DNA of 64,000 bases from positions 44,144,001 through 44,208,000 of the forward strand of contig NC_135656.1 in the NCBI RefSeq assembly GCF_964188315.1. The letters are read 5' to 3'. Origin of the DNA: Podarcis muralis. Taxonomy: Eukaryota. The notes below the pieces were generated by a model. That model did not search any database and had not been told where the DNA came from. It worked only from the letters and a program-made list of their open reading frames with translations. Below, one piece after another: positions 25,372-64,000 of the stretch (positions are counted from its first letter, which is position 1; each line of letters starts with the position of its first letter). The position numbers were made by a program, and so were the translations under genes.

Positions 25372-28300
25372 TTACTGTATATTTAGAATGGGAACAGATC
25401 TTTTACCATTCTCTCCTACCGAAGCCCACTAGGCTTGCCAGGAATAGTTAATACCTTATGCTGTTTCAAAAGGACTGCAAGTCAGTCACGCCCCTAGAAT
25501 TCAATGTAGATATGGATTTCTCAGGAAACTGCCTTTCTAACCTGCCCTTTTCTGAAAAGTTTGTTGAGAATCTGCATTGATTTCCTGTTGACCTGGACTC
25601 AATTCAAGGTGCTGGCCAATAAAGCCAAAGGGATTTAAGCAGCTTCAGCCTTTATTGGCAAAGACATACAACTAAGGATTAGAGGAAGCACACCAAGGTA
25701 AATCACGAATTAATGATGTCACTTTGGGATATTTATATGTGGTGGAAATACAATTACATCATCCCACATAACACTGGTGCACTTCTGAGCTAATGGGTAT
25801 ATAATCATTCTACCAATATAAAAGTTGGCATTGTGACAATTTGAAAATTCTATTAAATCCAACTAGAAGAGGGTTTTCAGCTTCCCAAGTAATGTCAGAA
25901 GTACTACCCTCATAATAGAGCAGGCCAATAGAAGTGTTAGTAAAGACTTAATTAAGTTTCAACTTATACGGGTTATATCATGGACCTAGTGCATAAAGCC
26001 AAATTTGTGTATTGTATAGTCAAAACACACTTTCCCAAGGTGAGTGCAGTGGCAGGTGAGATTGCCAAGATTCCCCCTGCCCCTCAGACACCCACCCCCT
26101 TTTAATTTTTTTCTGGGTAAGCACGTAAAGCTGAATTCACAAAAGTTAAATGTGTTTAAATTGTGAGTTGATTGGTTTTTGTTTTTTGAATTCTACAGTA
26201 AGAGAGGCTCTTCAGCCTGGTTGAATTTTCTGGCCACTCAGACCTGTGCCAGAAATATACAAAACATTCAGTTATGGGGTGAAAAACTGGGCAGAAACAT
26301 GGAAACTGGAGTCACAAGAATTTTTTAGTTGACAAAAAAATTATACATAAAATGAGAAAAATCTCATTTGAGCAAGGTGCAAGCAGCTGCTTCAACACTA
26401 GGTACACTGCAGTTCCACCATTGGAAACATTACGGCACATTTACAAATATACAAATCCAGGATTAACGAACAGGAGGCAATACTAGAAGCACTTGTACAA
26501 AAGACAAATTTCATTTCAAGAGGCAGTCAGGTCAAGTAGCTTAAACTTCACTGGATGAATGAAGAGTTCACAAGCCTTCAGTTGAGAAGCACAAGCCAGG
26601 ACTCTGCCTGCCATCTGTGCACATTTCTTGCCCATTTTAAAAACCAATTGCTTCCCAAATAGAACCCTCTGGCTTTCCCCGTTGCAGGATAGGGAAAGTT
26701 GAAAACTGAGGCACGAGAGGGAACGCTTGTAATAAAATCATTAAAATGCAAAGAACTAGCTGATTGCTTCCAGAGACCTGCTCGAGTTCCACACTATTAA
26801 AAAGACGAATTGAGGAATGCATTTGCAAGTTTACTATCATTTTTTTTGAACTAGCTATCCTAGAAGAGTGCAGGGCTGTCCCTAGCAACTGATTTCAAGG
26901 ATTAGGAGAGCAGCTTTCACTTAGGTATGTGCTGTCTCCAAGTTAAAAAAAAAACCTGCACAATAATGCCCCAGCAAGTTCTATGACAAATCTCCAAGAA
27001 TTGCAAGCACTGCAACATGTGAAACAGAGGCCAGGGATAGAAAGAAAAAGGAGATGGGAGGGGGTATCAGTGAAGTTTAAGTTACTGAGCAATCTCACAA
27101 ATACACTTTCAGAAATTCACCCCACTATACTCAGTGTCACTGTCAATTGCTGTCAAAGAAAGCATCTCCTTATCCCAGAACGTGGGTGTCCATCCTCTGT
27201 CACATATATCTTCTTCTGTCATCCCACCACTGTATCTACCATCACCAAAGCAATACAGGATATGAGGCACAGTTCAACCCAGTTGTCTGGCTACCAATCC
27301 TGATGCTGCTCAAGTTCCGTTGGGATCTGCTCTGAAGAAAGCTGGGGCTGGGGCTCAGTTCACTTGTCTCTTCTTCCTCAGCACGCTGCCTGCTGGCAAT
27401 CATTTCCTTGGGCAAACTCTATTCATGTTGACTCTGCAGAATATTCCTGGTGACTATTTTTTCATCCCCAGCACTTCTCACTTTTCCAGAAGTTGCTCTC
27501 ATCAGGTGAAGCAGTATCCCCTTTTCCCCACAACCTAGCTGCCTTTGGGAAAACAGGCTTGCTTCCACTTCACATCCTCTTCACTTACAATTAAAAAGCT
27601 ATGGCTTCACTAACTCAAATTCATTCAGCAAACCCCAGATTCTATTTCCAGGGACCGAACAGATTTGGGTCTAATGAGAATTATTTAAGACAGCAACTCC
27701 ACTAAGCATGCAGCAAAAGCTACGAGCTTCCACTGGCCATGCATGGAGGGCTCTATTTTATTAATTCCTCTATGCTTTGCTATGTTTACTGCTCCTTTTG
27801 TAAACCAAAGTGGTGGATGCGGCATAGAACTCCCTTAAGACAGAAAGTTTAAATCACCATTATGTATGTACAAATGCCATTCTGGCCCCCAATAGCGCAG
27901 GATACCACATAACGTGTGCCATATAAAAATGACCGAGTGCACACTGGTCTCCGCCAGCCTTTGGCCTATGGACAGATGGAATTCAGTTTCCTTCCTTGCT
28001 CTCTCCTGCCTCCTGCAGCTGAAGTAATGCAATAGCAGTGTCACAAAGTAACAGCTGAACAACAGGGTAACAGATTCATTGCACTGCGGCATCTTCTTAA
28101 AAAATAAAGACATGCTTCTCCAACAGTATTTCTTATGATAGGGACTGCTCCCTAGATGGCTGGCAGGTCCCCACAAAGTCAGAGGCTGCCTTTGCTCCAA
28201 GCATCACATCCAGCACACAGTGCCATGGCAACTATGGCAAAAAGGGTTTGTGGGTTTCCTTAAGATTCCTAGATGAAAATGCTTACACTTAGTCATTATG

Positions 28301-29459
28301 GGCTACTCACAGGTTCACTAGTCTACTTCTTGGTCACCATGCAGTCTTGAAAAGGTGAATAGCTGATCTCTTGAACACCGGTGACTGGAAATATACAGCA
28401 GTATAACCCCCTTGGATTGAGTTTTAACTCTTCCCTCTTCATCAGCTGGTTTTAAACCATTGAATCTTTAAATCCCATTTTAACATCTTAAACCCGATCC
28501 TTTATTTATTATTATTTATTATTAGCTAGTCCTTTATGATGGCCCCTAGTTAGATCCCCTTCTCAAGAGTGTTGCAGTTTAAGATTGCTCCCCTTTCTCA
28601 GCCCAGGTCCGAGTCCCACCCCACCCCATTCCACCAACGATGGCCTCTGAGTAGAGACCTTTTCCTTCCGCTAGTGAGATACCCTGGTTTTTGTTTAAAT
28701 TGGTCACGGAGGCCCACCCTCCCCCCCAACTTTGTAAATTTCAGGAGATGGGGAGTGAAGTCATTTTATGTCCCACAATGCTCTTCCCGTCCTCCCTAAC
28801 CCCCCATTAACAGGGATTTGTAACACTGGGTTGTGGACGAGTTCCCAGTATTCCTCCCAGCGCACACAGGAACCTGAGAAAAAAAGACAGTCAGTATTAA
28901 ATAAAAGTAACCAGCAGAGCACATTAGAGCCTGACTCCCCCTTCCACAGCATGTTGCTCATGCTATCTACTAGTATGTCTGCAGGATACACAGCTACAAC
29001 TAACTTGGGCAGACTGATTGCTGTACTGGCAAATTGGGGTCAAAGCCGGAGTAGGGTGGACTTTGAACTCTTCCGCTACATTAATTCATAAGCAAATATC
29101 AATACGGAAGGCCGGAACCTCAAATATCAGGATAAAAGGAATTATGGCTGGGGAATGTGGGCTTTCCTGCACTGCCATCTCCTGACACATCCCATAAGGG
29201 TAGTAGATTGCTTCCTATATGGGATATTTGATCTCCACATTCACATTCTCAAGAGCCTCTGCTCAGTATCACTGAAACACAGATTCTGCATCACGGAGAG
29301 GACAACTGAGTACAAGCTGGCCTACATCTTTCCATCTCAATTAGCTCCAACATTTAATTCATTCTTCCTACTTTGGTCACTCCATTCCCTTCTTAGGGCT
29401 TTTCTCCCTCTCCTATCTCACTGAATATGGGACTTACCGAGTACGGTTTCACTGTTTGC

Positions 29460-56620
<27,161 letters not shown>

Positions 56621-58559
56621 TTATGACTGCAAACATCACCAAACTAAGAAGCAAAATTGCATGTTGTACACATCTGAGAGCATCTTCACTTGTAATCAAA
56701 ATTCAGGTAACCTAGGTAATCAGCCAATGCTTGCTTATATTTGTACAAGCCAGATGGCAAATTGGTATTTGAGGCCCACAAAAGACAGGATTCATTTAGA
56801 TCCATAACTCTGTGAGGTGGGCAAGATGGAGAGACAGTGATTTGCACAAACATCATAGATGGAGTGATTTCCCATGTACCAGAAAAACTTGTCCACTATA
56901 CAATATTGCACATGGACTTCACATGCATAAGTTGCTATACTTCTCCACAAGCACAAATGTGACCGCTTAAGCAGTGTTAGAAACCGATATGTTATAGCTA
57001 GGAGCTAAATGGCAGCTTAAACCTAGGCTATGGGCACAAAAACGGAATGTCTGGGCACACTTTTTATAACAATACAAAGCTGAAAATAAACGAACTGCAG
57101 CTAAAATATTTCACATGGTCTGGTCCTCCAATCTTCAGAGAGTAGTTGGAAGTGGGGAGGCAGAAAAAGGTCTTCCTTTCCTTCCACTCTGCAGTTTTAA
57201 TCTGAAACCTTAGGCACAGTACAGCACCCAGAGCTTAGAAACTGCTTACACTAATGAAATTTGCTGTCGCAAAAGGCACCTAGAACAATGGGATTTTTGA
57301 ACACTGTGCTTAAGACAATATAAATGAAAACATTTAAAAATAAGTTTTACCAAAAAAGATATGCAACAGAGCAAGGTCCTTAGAAAGTGCTAGAAAACCC
57401 ATTTTTGGCAGCATAGTCAAGATCTATGTATGACTCATCAGAGAGCATCCATAGAACATGGGAGGAACTTGCTCAAGGCTCAGCCCTATGGCAATATATA
57501 GTAGAAAGGTTGCACTAAAATGAATGATATACCTAAAGATAGCAAAGGATGTTGATGTGAGGGATGACTTTGTTTGATACTAGTAATCACACATGTATCA
57601 TACTACAGTATATAATGCCTAGTTGTTACCCATTTGTTGCATGCAATTCTGACAACTTCTGGCAATGCTCTGCTTCTAAGACATATTTTCTAAGGTCTAA
57701 ATATGCTATTTTGTATCAAGCAAAATGTTTTTCCTCATATAGATCACCTATTATTGTTTTGATTTCCACATGAAATGTAACTGCACAACTTCCACAAGCA
57801 TCCACTTAATAAGGCCTTTGACACAACACTGCACAATCCAATACCTATAACTGTGCCTTTGTGACTCTTCAAAATGTATTAGAGGTTGAGTGCTCCACAC
57901 CTATTACACTCAAGTGTGAGAGTACTCACCTCTTTTTAAAAATCCAGTCGATACCCAGAAACTACCCGCCCATCCATACAAATCATTTTGTAAGCTTTTC
58001 ACTCCCCTCTCTCCAGCACATCTATTCCAATTTTGATTTTTGAGGGAGTGAACAGTTATGATCAACAAGCAGGGCTATTTTGCTTCCATTACATTGGGAC
58101 TGGACATCCTCTTAATACTTCAGAATGAGGGCATGAAATAGACCGTGCAACGACTCCACACAGTTGGGGAGACACGTGCTTACAGCAAGGAAATGGAGTA
58201 CTGTACAAGGTATCAGGCGAGAGCCAACAAGAGCCGAGCCAAAATGCGGGACTCTCCAGCACATCTATTCCAATTCCAGAAGAGCACAGGGGCAGACTGT
58301 AAACTTATCTTCCGCCATCTCAGGGATGTAAATATTAGAGGTGACAGATCAACCAACAGTTTCTAATCACCAAACGGAAGGCCTTCCCACCCCCCGCCCA
58401 TGCTTAAGAGGCTGTGTGCTTTTAAGTACCAGCTGCCTTCTGATGTGGGGACGAAACGTATAATGGGAGATGGTTGGTTGATGCCCTGTTTGAGCTTTCT
58501 AGTCGCTTTTAAGAACAAGGCGCTGGACTGGAGGCACCTTTGGTCTGGTCCGCCTGGGC

Positions 58560-59800
58560 TCTTTCTGTTTAAGCGCGTGCCGGGCGACCAGTTCTTCGGC
58601 GAGGCTCTCCTGGCTCCCGCCTTGGGCTCTGCAGCACCACCTCCCACACAGGGGAAGCGTGAGAAGCGCAGCTGCCCAGGGCCCCGCTGACCACCGCGGA
58701 AGCCCTCACGCCCCTCCCTCAAAGCCATGTTGGGCCGGAGCAGCCCAGCAGCTTAGCCGGCAACGTCTCGCCCCAATCAGATCAGGCCCGGCCAACTCGG
58801 TTCCCCCCGCCCGCCTCGCCGCCCACGACCGGGCCATTTCAGATTCCGTCCCTCTCCCGCCCTGCCTCCTCAACCGCTGGGCGACCTAACCCCCGCCAGC
58901 CACCCGCCCAAGCCCGGCTCCTTGAAGGCTTCGCCTTCGCGAAATCCCTGCCTAGGCCGAAGCCGGGGGAGCCTCGCGCCATCCCCTCACACGCCCGCTC
59001 ACGGCGCGCCCCAACCACCGAGCTTCCCACGCGCGCCCAGGGAACCCCGGCGCTGTACCTGCCCGGTTCCCGCGTGCCCAGGTTCAGGCCGCGGCTTCGG
59101 CGCCGAAGGAGGGAAGAAGGTGGGGGCGGCAAGACGAACGCGACACGCGGGCGATGAGCCGGGCCGGCCGCCGTCTCTGCCGCTCACGTGACTAAGACCA
59201 ACAAAAAAAAAAGAAAGAAAAAGGGGAGGAGCAGAGGACCCGATCGCGCACGTCTATAGACGAGGGCAAAGCAAAGCTCGTCACGTGGCTCAGGAGAAAG
59301 GGCGGTAACCACGCCCTCTCCTCCCTCCGTCCGCTAGTCCGGATGGAAGCGCGGCGCCTTGAGGCAGGCGGCTGACGTCACGTCGCGCAACCTAACCTGG
59401 CCGCTGATGAAGCGCTACAAAGCCAGACGGCGGGAGGCTTGATTATGTCGCCCAGCTGCACGTTGTCACCCCGAACAGATTTCGTTTCGCTTGTTTTTAA
59501 AGTTTTATCTCCCGTCGCAAACTTCCGTTGGCTGGGAAAAAAACCTAAGAACTTTGCGTCTACCTAAAACGCAAGCAAGCAGTTCTTTTTCAAAGAGCCA
59601 CCGGGCGCCTTTCCGTGCTCCGTGTAGCAGGTGGTGTCACCGAAGGCCGTTGGGCGGGGGAGGCTGTCCCCGCCCACGTGGCCGGGCTGGCGCCTCTAGC
59701 CTGACCCGGACTCAGAGCCGGGCGGGTAGGCGCCGCGTTTTGTCGGTACGAGAAATAAAGAGTCTTGTGGATGCATATTTCTGGAGGAGGGGGCGGAGGC
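58560..59800. promoter_or_regulatory. CpG island / TNPO2 promoter and 5' non-coding exon(s)
   Basis: CpG-dense; CRE TGACGTCA at 59373-59380; E-box TCACGTGA at 59184-59191; candidate non-coding exon 59191-59059 (long pyrimidine tract + TTAG acceptor, CAG|GTACAG donor). Confidence 0.7.
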
Positions 59801-60392
59801 CTGCCCATTACGTTCTACGGAGCATATACAGTGCCATCTTCAAATAATGTTGGCAGAGAAACGTAAAAAGATTACAGAGTTGGGAGCGATCAAACAAACC
59901 ACACGGGAGCAACCCAACAAGCAACAGATCATGGCCACCTGCTCAAAGATGGGCAAACCCCATGGTAGGGGGCTTCAGGGCACCGGCGTAGCCAGGATTT
60001 TTGTTAGCGGGGGGGAGAACCTCAGTTAGCTATGTATTTTTATTCATTTGTGGGGGCAGCTTCTCCTCCCTGCCCCCCCCCCGCTATGCCCATGCTTCAG
60101 GGGCAAATCCTTGCTTCCAAATAGGCTACCGGGCTGTCACATTTGCCGACAGCTTCATTATAAACTAGTCTTGTTTGTATAAGATATGACAATGCTTAGG
60201 GCTAGGCTGTTCGATTGCCACATGTATGGTGCTCTTTTATTGCATATATGTTTCTTGTACATACATGACAAGGTAACTCCATGAATGGGCTGCTACAGAG
60301 AGATGTATCAGGTTGATGATTCTGTATTATGGAATTATTATTATTATATTTGTTAGTCTCCCTATCTTTCCCAGGGCAACCCAAAGTGACTA

Positions 60393-60625
60393 CAGTCATA
60401 CTTCGGGTTACAAACACTGCGGGTTGCACATTTTCGGGTTGCGGACCGTGCTGAACCCAGAAGTATCAGAACGGGTTACTTCTGGGTTTTGGCACTCACG
60501 CATGCGCAGAAACACAAAATTATGTCATGTGTAGAAGCGCTGAATCGTGTCACACGTGTGCGCAGACGTGGCGCTGCGGGTTGCGAAGATGCCTCCCACA
60601 CAGATTACATTTACAACCCGATGTA
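60393..60625. mobile_element. TcMar/Tigger-like MITE, right end truncated by a SINE
   Basis: ta|cagtcatacttcgggtt left TIR; right end aacccgatgtatg abuts the SINE. Confidence 0.6.
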
Positions 60626-60958
60626 TGGGTGGTGCTGTGGGTTAAACCACAGAGCCTAGGGCTTGACGATCAGAAGGTTGGCAGTTCAAATCCCTGCGAT
60701 GGAGTGAGCTCCCGTTCCTCGGTCCCTGCTCCTGCCAACCTAGCAGCTCGAAAGCACAAGTAGATAAATAGGTACCGCTCCAGTGGGAAGGTAAAAGGCG
60801 TTTCCGTGTGCTGCTCTGATTCGTCAGAAGTGGCTTAGTCATGCTGGCCATGTGACCCAGAAGCTATATGCCGGCTCCCTCGGCCAGTAAAGCGAGATGA
60901 GCGCCACAACCCCAGAGTCCGCAACTAGACCTAACGGTCAGGGGTCCCTTTACCTTTA
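60626..60958 (+). mobile_element. Sauria SINE (second subfamily)
   Basis: ggtggtgctgtgggttaaaccacagagcctagg ... ggtcaggggtccctttaccttta. Confidence 0.87.
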
Positions 60959-60961
60959 TAT

Positions 60962-60986
60962 ACACACACACACACACACACACACA
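60962..60986. repeat. (CA)n microsatellite at the SINE tail
   Basis: About 12 units. Confidence 0.9.
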
Positions 60987-61274
60987 TTAAAACCCAGAGG
61001 AAAAATACATTAAATACTTCCCACCTACTTTTAAAAGGCCACAGATGGTCAAAGGCCAAAGGCCATGCTACTCCCATAGTCTGCTCTGGAAAACCCACCA
61101 GAGCAGATTTTGAGAGCACATGGCAGGGCGGGGGAAGAGTTGGAGAGGATGGGAAGTCTATATGAATGAACAGCAGTGTTGGATACAACTTATGATGAAC
61201 ATTACAGAAAACAAGGGCTCATAGAAAAAATTCACTGCCATATAAGTAGTATATTCATATCCCACTTTTCCTCC

Positions 61275-61450
61275 CAAGCACTCAAGGTGATAGATACGGT
61301 TCTCTACCTCCCTCATTTAATCCCCACAGCAATCCTGTATGGTAGAGTAGGCAGCAAGGCAGTGTGTTGCCCAAGATCACCCAGTGGGCTTCGCGGGGAG
61401 GGGGCGTTGAACCCTGGTCTCCTAATCCGGAACAAATCAACACCAAGCTG
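61275..61450 (-). mobile_element. Old MIR/CORE-like SINE fragment
   Basis: atccccacagcaatcctgtatgg...tgcccaagatcacccag...gaaccctggtctcc. Confidence 0.45.
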
Positions 61451-61729
61451 GATTTAGCCAGTTTAAACTTTACACATAATATTGAAGTAAAATTCTCCTG
61501 GTTAAGATGTGATCCTCAGCCCGAGCACTCAAGAACAACTCGGTTGGTTGGTCTACCTTTTTATGCTATTTACTTCCGACATAATGTAGCTCGCAACCGA
61601 AACATGAAAATTAGTAATTAGATGAATAGTTATGGACTTCAACTCTGCTGCGCATAGAAATGTTCAGATTTAATTAAAGCTACGCTGTAATACCGTTTGA
61701 AGGTGCTTCTTTTGTTTATCGCTCGAAGG

Positions 61730-61984
61730 AGCTCGGAAACGACCGTGCCTATCGGAATGTCAGTTTACCTTTCCGTCTATTTCCCGCTGCTACGCCCTAT
61801 CCCTCCGCGGTCGAGTTGCTTCACACTGCGCAAGCGCGGAGATCCAGTGTTTAGGACTACATTTCCCGATAAGACTTGCGACACGCCGCTCCTCCCCTGC
61901 GCCCCCTCCCATTCCGGAGCTGGGGGAGGGAGGTTGCCCGGGCCGGACCCGGCAGCGGCCCCGAGCGGGCGGGCTCGGGCGAGC
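61730..61984 (+). promoter_or_regulatory. CpG-rich promoter / 5' UTR of the RNF11-like gene, with ZNF143/THAP11-type motif
   Basis: ACTACATTTCCCGATAA at 61856-61872 (ACTAYRnnnCCC consensus) about 115 nt upstream of the ATG. Confidence 0.6.
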
Positions 61985-62116
61985 ATGGGGGGCTGCCTTT
62001 CCTCGCAGGCGGCCGATGACCTGTCGCTGCTCAACGACTCTACCGGCGATGGGGCGAGCCTTGGGCCTGGGGATCCGTCTCCACCGCCCATCCCTGTCCC
62101 GCCGCCCCCCTACCAG
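61985..62116 (+). CDS. RNF11-like RING-H2 E3 ligase, coding exon 1 only (44 codons; rest lies outside the window)
   Basis: MGGCLSSQAADDLSLLNDSTGDGASLGPGDPSPPPIPVPPPPYQ|gt versus recalled human RNF11 MGNCLKSPTSDDISLLHESQSDRASFGEGTEPDQEPPPPYQ: G2 myristoylation site, C4, DDxSLL sorting motif, PY motif, and a phase-0 donor after PYQ. Confidence 0.85.
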
Positions 62117-64000
62117 GTAGCGGGGCGGGGGTTGCGGGGCGAAAGGGGGGCTATGGGGCGGGTTCCCCCAGGCCTCGCCGACTGCGGTGCTGGGCGTCGG
62201 GGCCAGCCCTGGGTAGCCTACGGGGTTCTGCTACGCAAGGGAGTATGAAGCCGACATATGGGGCGAGGAAATTCGGGTGGCATTTTGGGGGGTGGGCAGG
62301 GTCGGGTATTGGCTTTGGCTTCCGGGTTCTTGGGGTAAGTAGGGCGGAGTGAGCTGGAACAGTAGCTGTAGAAAGAAACTGGGATAACAGATTAGGGTGG
62401 AGACCCCCGACCTCATTCAGGTATGCTAAGGAGACACAAGAATGGGGCTTGATGCCCTCTCGCCCTACAGTCACCTGGAGAGTGGATGTTACTGGGGTGA
62501 GTTAAGCCCAGTACAGTATTGACTTGGGAATGGATGTACAACGTTGAGCAGGAGACAGAACAGTGTCAAGCACAGAAATATAATCAATATTTTTGCATTG
62601 GCATTAGTATTGCCCTTTAACCTTAGGACTGTGGTGTGTGAGTCTGAGGTCATGGGTCAAGGTTCTCTCAAAAAGCTATGGAAACGTGAGTTGTGTGACT
62701 AGGGCTGGGGTCGTGGTGGGCATTCAGGGCGAAGAACTCAAAGTCATGAGTCAGTTATAGAAGATAAGAACTGGGGAGCAGAAATAGTGTGGTGTGGATT
62801 TATAAGAATGAGCAGTGAATCTGAAGTGAGGAGACCCAAATTCATGTTGAGCTGTGAACTGCAAGTATACAACTTATAATGTAGACTGTAAATGTGACAG
62901 GACCTGCTTTGAAGTACAGGCATCATACAGGTATGTTTGTCAGTGGGCCAAGATTGACTGCAGCCCCACAAATTGTATGTTTGGTGGGAAACCTGGGTTA
63001 ATGCGGGAAATGGCTCTCAATGAGCAGTACAGTACTGAACATAACCAATCAATTACTAAATAGGCTTGGTTGAAAATGAATGTTTAGACTCCAGGCTATC
63101 TTATGCTATGTGTGCTTTCACCCATCCTGACAAATCTTTAGAAGATGTTGAGTTCCAAGCTGTGGTAACCAGGAATGCAGAGTCAGATTTCTTAACAGCA
63201 CCATCTCTTTCTGCAGAAAAATGCCATAGAACACACATGATTGTTATGTCTTGTCCATTTCAACAGTTGTCCTGTGTGCCTTTGATATTTGCTTTCCCAT
63301 GTTAGCTGCATGTTTCTCTTGCATTTTTGCAAGCTGCCATACCTGCAGAGTAGCATTCTCCAATGTGGGGACAGACAGTCTATGGAAGAAGAATTAGGAA
63401 AGACTGAGGGAAATTCTGGTGGTTTCATCCAGTTTGAAACCTGTGGAAGGTAAAGGCAGCACAAACTTAGTTTAAGAGGGTGGCTAGAACAAAATAACAG
63501 GACTCCATATCTCAAAGTACCAGAGTGGATCTTGGGAAGATGGGTGTTAGAATGTGTGGGGAATTTATTCAGATTAATTTCAGAAACTCTTTGGGTTACC
63601 TCCTGAAATATATAGGCAGCAGATTAAACAAATGAAAAACCTGCTTCACACACACAAAAATCCCTACACTAATGTATGGAATTCATTACCACAGGATTTT
63701 GTGAAGGCCAATATTATATTAAATACACTGAGGAACTTCCATATTTAAGAAGAGTGTACCACAGATGATTGCATAATGTTTACTAACAACACAGAATGGA
63801 TGCTACCATCATGTTCTGCTTCTGAACTTCTTTAGCTTTTGACTGGCCACTTTTAGACAAAATGCTGAATTAGGTAGACTATTGATTTCAGCCAGCATTG
63901 CAATTCTTGTGTCCCAAATCTTGATTGGGGCAGTGCTCCTAAGAATTATCATCTGCTTTAGAGACCAGTAATTTAATGCATCTCTATGGGGGCAACTTGC

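Noticed and set aside
58363-59847. GC-rich ORFs around the TNPO2 promoter (checked for TRIR)
   Set aside because: No TRIR motifs (e.g. NLFANDGSFLELFK) found; typical CpG-island ORF noise.

Overview
Vertebrate (squamate, probably lacertid lizard, inferred from Sauria/Squam1 and Squam3 SINEs) genomic window syntenic with human 19p13.13. Gene order: WDR83OS (-, first two coding exons, truncated by window start), WDR83 (+, 9 coding exons, 316 aa), FBXW9 (-, 10 coding exons, 467 aa), TNPO2 (-, 23 coding exons, 888 aa), and the first coding exon of an RNF11-like gene (+). All exons were rebuilt by hand with GT-AG boundaries and consistent phases. Non-obvious content: three box C/D snoRNA-like elements in TNPO2 introns (an intact SNORD41; a second SNORD41 paralog mutated exactly at the methylation-specifying guide base; and a guide complementary to 18S rRNA), a U12-type minor intron in TNPO2, no DHPS between WDR83 and FBXW9, and TA-flanked Tc1/mariner-type non-autonomous elements that carry expanded internal minisatellites, one nested inside a SINE. 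Nearly all long ORFs in the supplied track are repeat-derived artefacts. No CRISPR, rRNA or tRNA genes were seen.
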